A DNA stretch of 64,000 nucleotides. Source: Candidatus Bathyarchaeia archaeon (lineage in GTDB: Archaea; Thermoproteota; Bathyarchaeia; Bathyarchaeales; Bathycorpusculaceae). Of this stretch, positions 31,270 through 41,691 are shown in pieces; within the stretch, counting starts at the first letter, position 1; each line of letters starts with the position of its first letter. The translations under genes were made by a program, and so were the position numbers. The notes beneath the pieces are model-generated. The model was not told the DNA's origin, made no database searches, and was given only the letters and a program-made list of their open reading frames with translations. The DNA lies in NCBI GenBank assembly GCA_050012755.1, contig JBEKGO010000006.1, forward strand, positions 1-64,000. Reading direction: 5' to 3'.

Positions 31270-31653
31270 TTATTTTTTGAGTAGACCTAGTATTCCGCCT
31301 ATTAAGCCGAGGATTAAGCCTACTAGCCAGCCGCCACCTGCAATGATGCTTAAGATAGCGAATATTAGGACAATTATGCTTCCTGCCATTTGTGTTTTTG
31401 GATTATAAATCAAGATGGCTCCAACTATGATTGTGATGGCAAGAACTATGCCAATTGCTCCATCCGCTCTTATTGCTAAACCTAAGACTCTATGCCAAAT
31501 CCTATCTGTCCCAAGAACCGCCAATGCTTCGCCGCGTATTATTCTTACTAAGCCTTCAAGTAAAACCAAAATTCCGCCTACCAGAGATAAGGCAAAGGCT
31601 AAAGTTGCTTTTTTAGGAACGGAAATAGGCTGCTGTGTGTTTGATTGCTGCAA
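31270..31653 (-). CDS. Small 4-TM membrane protein
   Basis: AFALSLVGGIL...GGGWLVGLILGLIGGILGL. Confidence 0.8.
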   Translation of the reverse strand: MQQSNTQQPISVPKKATLAFALSLVGGILVLLEGLVRIIRGEALAVLGTDRIWHRVLGLAIRADGAIGIVLAITIIVGAILIYNPKTQMAGSIIVLIFAILSIIAGGGWLVGLILGLIGGILGLLKK

Positions 31654-31748
31654 TACAATATCCTCTTAAAATTTTATTGAAGCAAGCGATAATTTAAGGC
31701 TTATTCACCAAACATTAAGTTGATAAACCAGCAGAATAAGAAAACATA

Positions 31749-32846
31749 ATGAAGGTCAAGTTTATGAATCGTTTTGAGGCACGTCGAGAGAGAGCTCAAG
31801 AGCTCATGCTTGAGCAGAATGTTGCTGCTTTACAAGTTACAAGCAGAGAAAACTATTATTATTTAACTGGTGACATGCGAAGTGTTGCCAGGCTGTTTCT
31901 TCCGCAAGAAGGAGAGCCAGCAATTATTGTTTTTGATGAGGAAGTTGAGGCTGCAGCTGAAGCTTCAGGAATCAAAGACGTTCGAGGCTGGCGTACACCT
32001 GCTCAGCTCATGCAAAACTTCTTTCAATTGGTCAAACAATACAACGTTTCAGAAAAGAAAGTCGGCTTTTGCGTTCACTCGAACCCAGGTTTTTTAGTTT
32101 ACAAGTTTCTCAGAGCAAATCCTAAGATGAAAGTGATTGAAAACGAAGAAATCTTGATGCCTCTGCGGTATGCTAAAGATTCGGAAGAAATCGAAGCAAT
32201 GAAAAAAGCAGCTGAAGTAGCAAGCAAAGGTGTCGCCACAGCCATTGCTGCTGTTAAGCCAGGCATGACTGAGATTGAGGTTGCTGCAGAAGCCGAATAT
32301 GTGATGAGGCGTGCTGGTGCGATGCGTTATGGATCAAGCACTTTTGTCGACAGTGGACCGCATTCCATTTGGTTGCATGGTGGAACTTCAAAGCGCAAAA
32401 TTGAGAACGGCGACCTCGTCGTAATTGATGTCCACCCAGTAGTAGATATGTATTCTTCAGACTGCGCGAGAACCATAGTCTGTGGAGAAGCCACACAAAA
32501 GCAAAGCGAGCTTATTCAAACGTATAAAGATACTCAGCAAAACGTCATTGCCAACATAAAGCCAGGCTGGATGGTCGGCGATGTCACTAAAGCGTTCACG
32601 GCGGCCTTCGCTGCTAAGGGTTACGGCGAAGTTTGGATTCCAGGGCCAGTGCATGGAGTCGGTTTGGAGTTTGAAGAGTGGCCTCATCCAAGTCATTATT
32701 TTAACCATCTACAATTGAGAATAGGTGAGAATTGGACTTTGGCTGTGGGACACTCAATTTTGCCTGTCAAAGGTGTCGGAGGCGTGAAAATAGAGGACAC
32801 CATTCAAATTACCTCTGAGGGCACCAAAAGTTTAACGAATGTTTAG
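31749..32846 (+). CDS. M24 family (Xaa-Pro peptidase-like) hydrolase, atypical metal site
   Basis: Creatinase-N domain, KDSEEIEAMKKA, VID..YSSD, HGVG, GGVKIED. Confidence 0.88.
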   Translation: MKVKFMNRFEARRERAQELMLEQNVAALQVTSRENYYYLTGDMRSVARLFLPQEGEPAIIVFDEEVEAAAEASGIKDVRGWRTPAQLMQNFFQLVKQYNVSEKKVGFCVHSNPGFLVYKFLRANPKMKVIENEEILMPLRYAKDSEEIEAMKKAAEVASKGVATAIAAVKPGMTEIEVAAEAEYVMRRAGAMRYGSSTFVDSGPHSIWLHGGTSKRKIENGDLVVIDVHPVVDMYSSDCARTIVCGEATQKQSELIQTYKDTQQNVIANIKPGWMVGDVTKAFTAAFAAKGYGEVWIPGPVHGVGLEFEEWPHPSHYFNHLQLRIGENWTLAVGHSILPVKGVGGVKIEDTIQITSEGTKSLTNV

Positions 32847-32941
32847 GGCACTAAAACCGCTCCGGCTGCAACAAATCTATAAAAAAGTCCGTCAAAAAAG
32901 ATTTAATAAAAAGAATAGGAAAGATTCATTGAGGAAAAAAT

Positions 32942-33136
32942 ATGCCAGTAGTTCAGGTTTCCGTTTGGGAAGGCATGAGCCCCGAGAACAAGAAGAAAAT
33001 AGCTGAAGGAATAACAAGTGTTTTTGAAAAGATAGGAATCCCAAAAGACGCAGTAACAGTAGTCATTTATGAAACGCCAAAAAGCAATTGGGCAACAGGT
33101 GGACAACTGCACTCAGAAAAACACCTTAGCCGCTAA
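32942..33136 (+). CDS. 4-oxalocrotonate tautomerase family protein
   Basis: Pro after Met (MPVVQV), NWATGG. Confidence 0.92.
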   Translation: MPVVQVSVWEGMSPENKKKIAEGITSVFEKIGIPKDAVTVVIYETPKSNWATGGQLHSEKHLSR

Positions 33137-33153
33137 CCAGGATTTGACCCGCC

Positions 33154-33453
33154 GTGGATGAGAAAAACTTTAAGCTATCAGCAACAATAAGCAGCGACAA
33201 TCCAGCAGCTGTAAAACCAGTATTAGAAAGAATAGTTGGCAATGCTGCATCCATAAAAGCGACCACTGACGGATTTGAAGTTACCGCTGAATTCAAAGGT
33301 CTCAGTGCAAGAGAATTAAATCGCATTTTTCTTTCTGAGTTACGCAGGGCTGAAAAGAAAACTAGAATTCGATCAGAATGGACTTGTGAAGGTACGACTG
33401 AAAAGTTTTTTGATTATGCGCTAAAACAAACCAAAAGGCCAAGCGCAAAATGA
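33154..33453 (+). CDS. Hypothetical protein
   Basis: 99-aa ORF co-oriented with the tautomerase gene; SARELNR..LSELRRAEKKTRIRSEW. Confidence 0.65.
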   Translation: MDEKNFKLSATISSDNPAAVKPVLERIVGNAASIKATTDGFEVTAEFKGLSARELNRIFLSELRRAEKKTRIRSEWTCEGTTEKFFDYALKQTKRPSAK

Positions 33454-33640
33454 ATTTGTGATATTTCAATTATTTGCGAGTGCTTCATTAAAGACCAAAC
33501 TTTGAACCGTCAAGCATATTTACTTGTTTTCTAACCCTGTATTTTCAATCTTACGCACAGATGATACATTGGAGAAATAAAACAAAGAATTTCAATGTTT
33601 TATTTGATGCTGAAAGCTGTTCAGGTTGAAATGAAAACGC

Positions 33641-34315
33641 ATGAATAAGAAAATATTGGCAATTGGAGCAATAATGATGATTATGGCATCATACATGGCC
33701 ACTTTTCAAATATTGAATATAAGACCGATGACGCCCCTAAATGTGCCAATTCGCGTGGCTTGCGTAGGCGACAGCATCACCCAGGGAAGCGGGTACCCTG
33801 CTAAGCTACAAATGCTCCTTGGAACAAACTATTTGGTGGGCAACTTTGGAGTAGCTGGAACCACAGTCTCACTTAATTCTACAAGTCCATATATGAATCA
33901 GACTGCATTCCAGAAAGCCGAGGAATTCAACCCAAACTATGTCGTCATTATGCTGGGTACCAACGATGCGCGCACAGACGAAAATGAATCTAGTGAAACT
34001 TTTGAGGCAGATTATAGCGAGCTTGTTTCATCTTTCCAAAATCTTACAAGCAATCCACAAATCTTTGTGGTGGATTCACCGCCAATTTTCACTGACAACC
34101 CAAACTACAACGGCACATATCTTGCCGACAATGTAATTCCCCAGATTGATAGTGTAGCAAGTAATCTTAATTTGCCAACGGTTAATGTCTATGGTGCTTT
34201 TGGTAATCAAAGTAACTATTTCATGGATGGCGTCCATCCTGATCCCGACGGTGCAACTCTGATCGCTTCCGAAGTAGACAACGCAATAATTGGGCAAGAA
34301 AATCCCAACCCGTGA
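33641..34315 (+). CDS. Exported SGNH/GDSL hydrolase
   Basis: GDSIT, NFGVAG, LGTND, DGVHP; N-terminal hydrophobic helix. Confidence 0.93.
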   Translation: MNKKILAIGAIMMIMASYMATFQILNIRPMTPLNVPIRVACVGDSITQGSGYPAKLQMLLGTNYLVGNFGVAGTTVSLNSTSPYMNQTAFQKAEEFNPNYVVIMLGTNDARTDENESSETFEADYSELVSSFQNLTSNPQIFVVDSPPIFTDNPNYNGTYLADNVIPQIDSVASNLNLPTVNVYGAFGNQSNYFMDGVHPDPDGATLIASEVDNAIIGQENPNP

Positions 34316-34450
34316 TTAAAGGATTCAATATTTGGCACCAGGCCAAGCAGTTGAATGCACTTCTGGCAGTGAATTTGAAAGCTTTCTTCATGCGTCTTTT
34401 AGAAAAGTTCTTACGACTAGATCTTACATAATTCCGTTTAAGGAAAGATA

Positions 34451-35344
34451 ATGGTGTCAAGCGACAGCAATTCAAGCCATTCGGAAAGAAAAATCGTCAG
34501 CATAGGACTTATCCAAACGAAAGTTTCAGACAACATAGCCGACAACATGAAAAAAACATTAGAAAAAATCAAAGAAGCCGCGACAAAAGGTGCTCAAATT
34601 GTTTGTCTTCAAGAACTGTACAGAACCAAGTATTTCCCCCAAGAAGAAAAACAGGATGTAAGGAAGTTAGCTGAGACAATTCCGGGAGAATCCACAAAAG
34701 CTTTCGCGGAACTGGCAAAAGAGGAAAAAATAGTAATAATTGCACCATTATTTGAGAAAACTTCAAACGGAAAATTCTACAACACAGCCGTCGTAATTGA
34801 TGCAAACGGAAAAATCTCGGGCAGCTACCGCAAGATGCATATTCCGCAAGACCCGTTTTTTTACGAAAAAAATTATTTCGAAGAAGGCAACCAAGGCTAC
34901 CTAGTCCACAAAACCAAATACGCTAACATAGGAGTGCTAATCTGTTATGACCAATGGTTTCCTGAAGCCGCAAGAATCAACGCACTTAAATGTGCAGAAA
35001 TTATTTTTTACCCAACTGCTATAGGCTACATCAAAGGTCAAAATTCATCTGACGGCGACTGGCATGATGCTTGGAAAACGGTGCAGCGTGCCCACGCCAT
35101 AGCAAACGGAGTACATGTAGCTGCTGTGAACCGAGTGGGTGAAGAGGAGCAACTGCAGTTTTGGGGCGGCTCATTTGTTTGTGACTCATTTGGAAAAGTG
35201 CTCGGAGAGGCAAGCTACACAAAAGAAGAATCATTGGTTGTTAAGGTAGATCTTAGCAAAAACAAGCAAATTCAAGAAGGATGGGGTTTTCTAAAAAATC
35301 GGCGACCAGACACCTACAAGTCGTTATTTGAAGGTTGTACCTGA
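34451..35344 (+). CDS. aguB: N-carbamoylputrescine amidase (nitrilase family)
   Basis: CLQELY, YRKMHIP..P.FYEKNYF, ICYDQWFPEAAR, YPTAIG; adjacent to aguA. Confidence 0.88.
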   Translation: MVSSDSNSSHSERKIVSIGLIQTKVSDNIADNMKKTLEKIKEAATKGAQIVCLQELYRTKYFPQEEKQDVRKLAETIPGESTKAFAELAKEEKIVIIAPLFEKTSNGKFYNTAVVIDANGKISGSYRKMHIPQDPFFYEKNYFEEGNQGYLVHKTKYANIGVLICYDQWFPEAARINALKCAEIIFYPTAIGYIKGQNSSDGDWHDAWKTVQRAHAIANGVHVAAVNRVGEEEQLQFWGGSFVCDSFGKVLGEASYTKEESLVVKVDLSKNKQIQEGWGFLKNRRPDTYKSLFEGCT

Positions 35345-35352
35345 GGCATCCT

Positions 35353-36423
35353 ATGACGAATGTTAATTGCTTTTCAGGTAAAACTCCCCGCGAACTAGGA
35401 TACTGCATGCCCCCTGAATGGAGTAAACATGAAGCCATCTGGTTAGCGTGGCCACATGACCCAACAACCTTCATAACGGGTGTCGAAAAAGTGGAAGAAA
35501 CTTTTCTTAAAATTATAGAATTAATCCACAAAGATGAATGCGTTAATCTTTTCGTTAAGGATGCAGACATGAAACGAAGAATAACTGGTTTGTTTGAGAA
35601 AAGAAACATTGATTTAAAGAAAATACGTTTTTTCGAATTTGATTATGCTGATGTTTGGTTTCGAGATTATGGTCCTATATTTGTTATGAACAGAGAGCAA
35701 AAATTGGCGATGGTACGCTGGATTTTTAATTCTTGGGGAGAAAAGTATGAGAATCTGCTAAAAGATGCACAGATTCCTCAGGTAATAAACAAAGCAATGC
35801 ATTTGGATTGTTTTGAACCGGGAATAGTTTTGGAAGGCGGCTCGATAGATGTTAACGGAAAAGGAACCTTACTTACAACCGAGCAGTGCTTACTTAACAA
35901 AAACAGGAACTCTCTGCTTGGAAAAGAAAAAATCGAGAAATACTTACAAGATTATTTGGGTGCAAATCACATTATTTGGTTAGGGTGTGGTATTGTAGGT
36001 GATGATACAGACGGTCATGTTGATGATCTTGCACGATTCGTTAATCCAACGACCGTTGTCTGCGCTTATGATGAAGGCGACGACCAAAATGCAGAAGCAC
36101 TGAGAAAAAATTATGAAATATTATGCCAATCCACGGACCAAGACGGTAAAAAATTAAAAATTGTTAAGTTGCCGATGCCAGGAAATGTTGAATGCGACAA
36201 TAAGCGGCTTCCAGCGAGCTATACAAATTTTTATATAGGAAACAAAACAGTTCTGGTTCCTACATTTGAATCTAAAAATGATGATGTCGCGTTGTCTATT
36301 TTAAAGAAACTGTTTCCCAAAAGAAAGGTGGTAGGCGTGGATTGCGTTGACTTAATTTGCGGGTTTGGTGCAATTCATTGTATTTCGCAACAACAACCCA
36401 CTAGCAAATCACTTACTCGCTGA
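35353..36423 (+). CDS. aguA: Agmatine deiminase
   Basis: MPPEW, WFRDYGP, LEGGSI, DTDGHVD, SYTNF, GAIHCISQQQP. Confidence 0.94.
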   Translation: MTNVNCFSGKTPRELGYCMPPEWSKHEAIWLAWPHDPTTFITGVEKVEETFLKIIELIHKDECVNLFVKDADMKRRITGLFEKRNIDLKKIRFFEFDYADVWFRDYGPIFVMNREQKLAMVRWIFNSWGEKYENLLKDAQIPQVINKAMHLDCFEPGIVLEGGSIDVNGKGTLLTTEQCLLNKNRNSLLGKEKIEKYLQDYLGANHIIWLGCGIVGDDTDGHVDDLARFVNPTTVVCAYDEGDDQNAEALRKNYEILCQSTDQDGKKLKIVKLPMPGNVECDNKRLPASYTNFYIGNKTVLVPTFESKNDDVALSILKKLFPKRKVVGVDCVDLICGFGAIHCISQQQPTSKSLTR

Positions 36424-36780
36424 GTTTTCCTTGGCTCTAAACTTCACAATTTCCTTTACCAATTCAAGTGGAATTGGTTCATCAATTGGAAACTGGATTG
36501 TACCCTTACTTGTTTGATAAGAAGACAATTTTTCTTTGAAGGCTTTAATAGCTGAGATTTTAGGAAAAAAACCGATATGATTCTTGAATGCTGCAAACCA
36601 CACCAAAACACCATTTTGTTTGAATGCAGGCATTTGATAGCTAATTGTCTCCTCCGCCTCAGGTGCAGCCTCCTTGATTGCTTGTCTTAATTCTTCTAAA
36701 ATAATTTGAACATTTTTAGGATAAGTGGCGATGTATTCATCTATGGTTCTGAATTTTTTCTTAGACGCCATAGGGCTCAC
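36409..36780 (-). CDS. DUF1801 (YdhG-like) protein
   Basis: TIDEYI...APEAEETISYQMPAF...SKGTIQFP. Confidence 0.9.
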   Translation of the reverse strand: MSPMASKKKFRTIDEYIATYPKNVQIILEELRQAIKEAAPEAEETISYQMPAFKQNGVLVWFAAFKNHIGFFPKISAIKAFKEKLSSYQTSKGTIQFPIDEPIPLELVKEIVKFRAKENSASK

Positions 36781-37044
36781 TATATAACAAGTTGGTTGAT
36801 AAGTTATCTAAGTCTATTTCTATTCTTGAAGTGCATCGAAAAAAATTGAATCCCGCAATTTTCATAAATAAATCAAACGCGTTCGTTTCATGAATTCTAG
36901 AACTTCCTCATTGTCCATTAAGTATTGTCTCCCTTTTTCCGTCAGGCGTAACATGGGCTCTTGCTGAATCAAAACCCCAAGCTCATGCAATAACTTCCAC
37001 AAATTATAAACCAGAATAAGACAATAATAGAATTGTTGAATTCT

Positions 37045-38076
37045 ATGGGAAAAACTCTGTTGAATGCATTCTTGATTACCCTCATGGTTATCGGATTGGC
37101 TTTTGTTGGCAATGCGCATTATTGTACGGCTGAAAGCGACGTTTCTGCCTCAATTCCCTCCGCAAATATGGCATCCGGAGGAAACGGCAATCTCGAACTC
37201 ACGATGACCATAGACAAAGAATCTTACAGTTTAGGCGAACCTGTTAACCTAACTCTGACCATCACCAACATTAGCAATCAGACAATAAGCTTTGAGCACA
37301 CAGGATTGGATTTTGATTTTCAAGTTTTCAACGACACAAACAACTTAGTGTACCAATGGTCAAATTTCAAAGCCATAGCTCAATTCATAGCCATCGTGCC
37401 GCTTCCAGTTGGAGAGAACATGTCAACCAACTTCACTTGGCTGCAAACATGCAATTTCAACGCCTCAGTTCAAGGGGACCCAGTCTCGCCTGGAATCTAC
37501 AACATTATTGGCAAAACTGGCCCAACCTACGGAATACAAACTACACCAATACAACTCACAATCGGGGTTACACCAACGACTGCTCCAACGCCATTACCTA
37601 CAACGACGCCCACACAAACTCCGCAGGCAACAACATTGCCCGCGACAACAAACAATGGCTCAACAGTTGACCTCGCAATTACCGGAAACATAACCAGTGC
37701 ACAGATTTCCAACGTTACAATCGCAACACTCCAGTCTACTTCTTCAAGTATCGTGTCTTTCACTGTGACGGGAGAAAACGGCACTACAGGTTTTGGCAAC
37801 ATAACCATCCCAATAAGTGCAGTGCTCTATGGAACCACGCCAACAATTTATATTGACGGCCAACCTGCTCAAGACCAAGGTTACGCGCAAGACAGCAACA
37901 ACTACTACGTATGGTATGCCACACACTTTAGCACACACGAAGTATCAATCGTGTTCACCGCAAAGTCTTTAATTCCAGAGTTTCCGTTATCAGCAATCTT
38001 GTCTTTGTTCATAATACTGGCAGTCTCAGTTTCAGTGATGCTTATACCTAAGAATCGAAAGATATACAAAAACTGA
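37045..38076 (+). CDS. Secreted BsuPI-domain protein with Thr/Pro linker and PEF-CTERM-like anchor
   Basis: GEPVNLTLTITN..DFDFQV..VYQWS; C-terminal IPEFP + TM + KNRK. Confidence 0.82.
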   Translation: MGKTLLNAFLITLMVIGLAFVGNAHYCTAESDVSASIPSANMASGGNGNLELTMTIDKESYSLGEPVNLTLTITNISNQTISFEHTGLDFDFQVFNDTNNLVYQWSNFKAIAQFIAIVPLPVGENMSTNFTWLQTCNFNASVQGDPVSPGIYNIIGKTGPTYGIQTTPIQLTIGVTPTTAPTPLPTTTPTQTPQATTLPATTNNGSTVDLAITGNITSAQISNVTIATLQSTSSSIVSFTVTGENGTTGFGNITIPISAVLYGTTPTIYIDGQPAQDQGYAQDSNNYYVWYATHFSTHEVSIVFTAKSLIPEFPLSAILSLFIILAVSVSVMLIPKNRKIYKN

Positions 38077-38205
38077 AATGTGAAAACAGAAGAAGGTTTT
38101 ATTAGCTATGAAGTTCTAAACGGGCTGAAATTCTAAGTCTTATTGAAATCACTGATTGACTAAAACCAGAATAAGCTAAAATCGAGCTTTGGAGAGAAAT
38201 CGAAG

Positions 38206-38280
38206 CGGGCCCGATGGGATTTGAACCCATGACTTTCAGCTTAGAAGGCTGACGCGCTATCCGTACTGCGCCACGGGCCC
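38206..38280 (-). tRNA. tRNA-Arg(TCT)
   Basis: GGGCCCG/CGGGCCC acceptor stem, TCAGC-CTTCTAA-GCTGA anticodon arm, ATGGG-TTCAAAT-CCCAT T arm. Confidence 0.97.
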
Positions 38281-38363
38281 TCATGGGGCACTTTAATGAA
38301 ACACTAACAAATATAATTTTACCTATCGCGCTGGCCTAAAAAAATTAAGAAACAATCTTTTGG

Positions 38364-39173
38364 TCATATTTTTTGTCCGCAATGAGAGCAATATAATGCA
38401 TTCAGCTGGTTTGGGGCTCCGCAGTAGGTGCAGTATTTTACTTGCCCAGAAACGGGTGGAATATTAATTGCCGCTTGCACTGGAACGGTCGGCACTTGTA
38501 TTCTAAAATACGCCATTGCCAAGAGCACCCAGGCAACGTCCTGCACTAAACCTCCAATTGTCAGAAGTGCCAGCAGAGTGTTAAGCGGAACTGTAACAAA
38601 AGAGACAACAACGGCAAATATTATTGCAATTACGATGTTTACTAGTGCGCCGGCTATGAGCACTTTAGCGCCAGTTCTAAACAGGGGAACATTGGACTTA
38701 TCTGATAGCAAATTGAAAGCCTTCACGTTAAATGCTATCCAAATTATTCCAACAAGGCTAAACAAAGGAAAAACGAAGCCGAAGATCCTTGACATTTCGG
38801 AAGATATTTGACTTGACGGTGGAGCTGAGGAGCTCAAGTTTGGAAATAGGGTAGTCAGATTAAACAAAATAACTATAACTAGAATAACCAAGACAACTAC
38901 AGCTGCCACAATCGTAATTATTATGCCGTATAGCAAATAACTGAAAATTCTGTGATCTTGGTAATCTTTGGAGAAGCCATACATCGCTACCAGGAATAGT
39001 AGAAAACCAACAAAAGATAAAACACCAAATAAACCGCCTATGCCGGCAAATATCAAGGCTCCAACTGATTGGGGAAAAACGTACCTAAAAATGGTTGATG
39101 CTTGGCTGATAACTCCAATTAGCATTAGAATAGCAGCTACTCCGCCCAAAGTTCTGTTAGATTCAATTGTCAA
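38364..39173 (-). CDS. DUF996-like membrane protein with C-terminal zinc ribbon
   Basis: LGGVAAILMLIG..., multi-TM, YCTYCG..YCSHCG. Confidence 0.82.
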   Translation of the reverse strand: MTIESNRTLGGVAAILMLIGVISQASTIFRYVFPQSVGALIFAGIGGLFGVLSFVGFLLFLVAMYGFSKDYQDHRIFSYLLYGIIITIVAAVVVLVILVIVILFNLTTLFPNLSSSAPPSSQISSEMSRIFGFVFPLFSLVGIIWIAFNVKAFNLLSDKSNVPLFRTGAKVLIAGALVNIVIAIIFAVVVSFVTVPLNTLLALLTIGGLVQDVAWVLLAMAYFRIQVPTVPVQAAINIPPVSGQVKYCTYCGAPNQLNALYCSHCGQKI

Positions 39174-39368
39174 CTTGCTGCACCTCGGGTAAGCTAATTG
39201 TAGTGGTTAAGGGATAAGTTTTTTGCTTCAAGCAGCATCCTCTGATTAACACCTTTCTAAATGCAAAGCACTGTTTAACGCTGAAATCGTAGAAGAGCAA
39301 TTCTATTCGGGCGCCAAATTGTTTCATTTTTGTATTAGAAGTACAATATCAACATCTGAACAGGTCGC

Positions 39369-40370
39369 CTACTTCACGTTTCCAACCCTAAGTTTGTCCA
39401 CTTCAGCCTTTTCAGGGACCACGACCAGTACAGATTTGTCGAGGGTTTCTCTTCCAAAATTAACCTTAACTTCATTACCCTTCGCATCGGAATAAAATGC
39501 AGTTATCTTAGCCGCTGTCTCAATTGACTTTTTTGTTTTGGGTCCCTGCAAAATCGTAGTTGGACCCACAGTGTCAGGCAACTCGAAAAAGAAGTCGCCT
39601 CGCAGTTTTTCAGCAGCCAACAGCTTATTCTCGGCTTCATTTCGTCCCACGATTATTTTGTTATTGCTTAATCTAAAGTGCCTGCCAACTTTAAGCAAAG
39701 CAACATCAGCGATTGAAATCCGCTTCTTGTTGACGAATAGGTCTCTTAGCTTCTTTGAGTATTCCTCGCATGTCAGCAAGCATCCGCCAGCAGGAGCGGG
39801 AAAACTTGTAATTCCAAATTCCGCCGCAAGTTGGAACTGGGGCTTTCTTGATCGCCCTTGAATGTTGTATAGTTTGGTTCTGTCAACTAAGCCTTTCTTC
39901 TCCGCTTCGGTTTCACGAAGTAGCTTTGCTGAAAGAGGTCTTAAGAGTTTGCCTTTCAATCCAGCCTCTTCTTCAATAATCTTCAAGGCGGGACCGTGCT
40001 GGGATTTGGGTCTTTCGCCAAGCACTTCACCTGTGAAAAGGAAATCAGCACCAATCTCTTTGGCGTATTTTTTGGCTTTTTTTATCATAAAGATTTTGCA
40101 GTCGATACAGGGATTCATGTTTTTGCCATAACCATACTTTGGGTTGCGGAGCATTTGCAAATAATCTTTTCCTACACAGACGATTTTTAGGGGAACTTTA
40201 AGTTGGTTTGCGGCTTCGGTTGCTTCGCTGGTTCCGTCTTTTTTGGGTATGCAAAAGGGAGTTCTAACGTTAAAGGCTACTACTTCGATGCCTTGTTTAC
40301 GAATAAGTTCCGTAGCAAGTATGCTGTCTAAGCCGCCAGAAAGCAAACTTATAGCCTTAACACGAGTCAT
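39369..40370 (-). CDS. PP-loop tRNA thiolation enzyme (ThiI/MnmA-like) with NFACT-R/DUF814 domain
   Basis: SGGLDS, NPCIDC, GEVLGERPKSQ, PAGGCLLT, GRHFRL..IVGRNEAEN. Confidence 0.85.
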   Translation of the reverse strand: MTRVKAISLLSGGLDSILATELIRKQGIEVVAFNVRTPFCIPKKDGTSEATEAANQLKVPLKIVCVGKDYLQMLRNPKYGYGKNMNPCIDCKIFMIKKAKKYAKEIGADFLFTGEVLGERPKSQHGPALKIIEEEAGLKGKLLRPLSAKLLRETEAEKKGLVDRTKLYNIQGRSRKPQFQLAAEFGITSFPAPAGGCLLTCEEYSKKLRDLFVNKKRISIADVALLKVGRHFRLSNNKIIVGRNEAENKLLAAEKLRGDFFFELPDTVGPTTILQGPKTKKSIETAAKITAFYSDAKGNEVKVNFGRETLDKSVLVVVPEKAEVDKLRVGNVK

Positions 40371-40542
40371 ATCGCCAATAGGATTCTTTTGCGATAAATA
40401 ATAATTTACCTATGAAACATAGAGGAAAAAACTGATTTCTTGAGTTTTCCAACATTCGGCTGACTTGCTTGCTCCCTTTTCTCTAGAATGATTTAAAAAC
40501 CCATGTGAAAATAAAACATGTGATTATACTTACTAACGAGGA

Positions 40543-41679
40543 TTGCGTTTGACAGTAGATGTCAGCATCTTTATCCCAGTCTACAGGGAATCAAATCAAC
40601 TAGCAAGCATGCTTAATGAGCTAAATTCCCAAAATGTTGCAAAAGAAATCTTTGTAACTGTTGACGCACCTACAGATGAATTTTCGCAAAAAATCAAAAA
40701 CCTTGGGAATGAGAACGTTAAATTTATTGTTAACAAAGAACGCATAGGCAAAGCAAACGCAGTAAACAGCACAGTAAAATTGTCTTCAGGTCAAGTGCTG
40801 CTTTTCCTCGATTCCGATGTTCAAATAAGCGGCGACCCAGATTTTCTAAGAAAAATCATTATGGAAACACACGTCGCAGACATTGTCGACATAAAAAAGA
40901 GAGTAATAAAAGGAAAATCACTCCTATCTAAAATGGCTTATTATGAATATTTCACGTACAACGTCAGCGCCTGGTTATCATCAAAGTACCTACATAAATG
41001 TCCTGCAGTGAACGGCGCAGCATTTGCGATTAAGCGAGAAACATTTGAGAAAGTCGGAGGCTTCCACAGAGTTATTGCCGAAGACATTGATCTGGCAACA
41101 AGAGCTTTCTTGGAGGATAGTAGTTTCGCTTACTCAACTGACGTCGAAGTGAAAAACGTTGTTTATTCTGACTGGGGAAGATGGTTTACTCAGCGTAGAA
41201 GATGGGCAATAGGTCAAGCCTCATGGTTTGTTTGTTGGTATCGGACTTTAGCAAAAAAATTCTTAAAAAAACCCCAAGTTTTTCTGCCAGGCTTGTTTTT
41301 CCTTTACCCTTCTGTCGCAATTTTCTTCATAAGCGCTTTAGTGCCAAGCCTTTGGATGTATAATTCACTGCTTGTTTTTTCACTGTTTCTATCTGTCAAA
41401 TTCAACATCATGTTACCTATTTTTCTTGTTTCACTAGGAACCGCGGACTTGCTAAAGATCTTAATTATCTCCTTGTCAGGTTTTGCCATAACTGCAGGCG
41501 TTTTTTACATTTTCTCGCGAAAATTGGGATTCCGAGAAATGAAACTTCATGAATTTTTCGTCTATTACTTTTTCTATTCAACAATTTGGATGGCAATAAT
41601 AATTATTGGGGTCATTCAAGTGATTGCTTTACGCAAAAAGGTTGCCCTAGGCTGGACAACTGGATCAGCAAAAATATAA
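40543..41679 (+). CDS. GT2 family membrane glycosyltransferase
   Basis: IPVYRE, GKANA, DSD, AEDID, QRRRW. Confidence 0.92.
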   Translation: MRLTVDVSIFIPVYRESNQLASMLNELNSQNVAKEIFVTVDAPTDEFSQKIKNLGNENVKFIVNKERIGKANAVNSTVKLSSGQVLLFLDSDVQISGDPDFLRKIIMETHVADIVDIKKRVIKGKSLLSKMAYYEYFTYNVSAWLSSKYLHKCPAVNGAAFAIKRETFEKVGGFHRVIAEDIDLATRAFLEDSSFAYSTDVEVKNVVYSDWGRWFTQRRRWAIGQASWFVCWYRTLAKKFLKKPQVFLPGLFFLYPSVAIFFISALVPSLWMYNSLLVFSLFLSVKFNIMLPIFLVSLGTADLLKILIISLSGFAITAGVFYIFSRKLGFREMKLHEFFVYYFFYSTIWMAIIIIGVIQVIALRKKVALGWTTGSAKI

Positions 41680-41691
41680 AACCAAAAAAAA

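Noticed and set aside
36862-37119. Winged-helix-like ORF (LRLTEKGRQYL)
   Set aside because: Only a C-terminal fragment looks real and the 5' part overlaps the opposite-strand gene; at most a remnant.
31100-38205. Island integrated at tRNA-Arg
   Set aside because: No convincing duplicate of the tRNA-Arg 3' end was found by eye.
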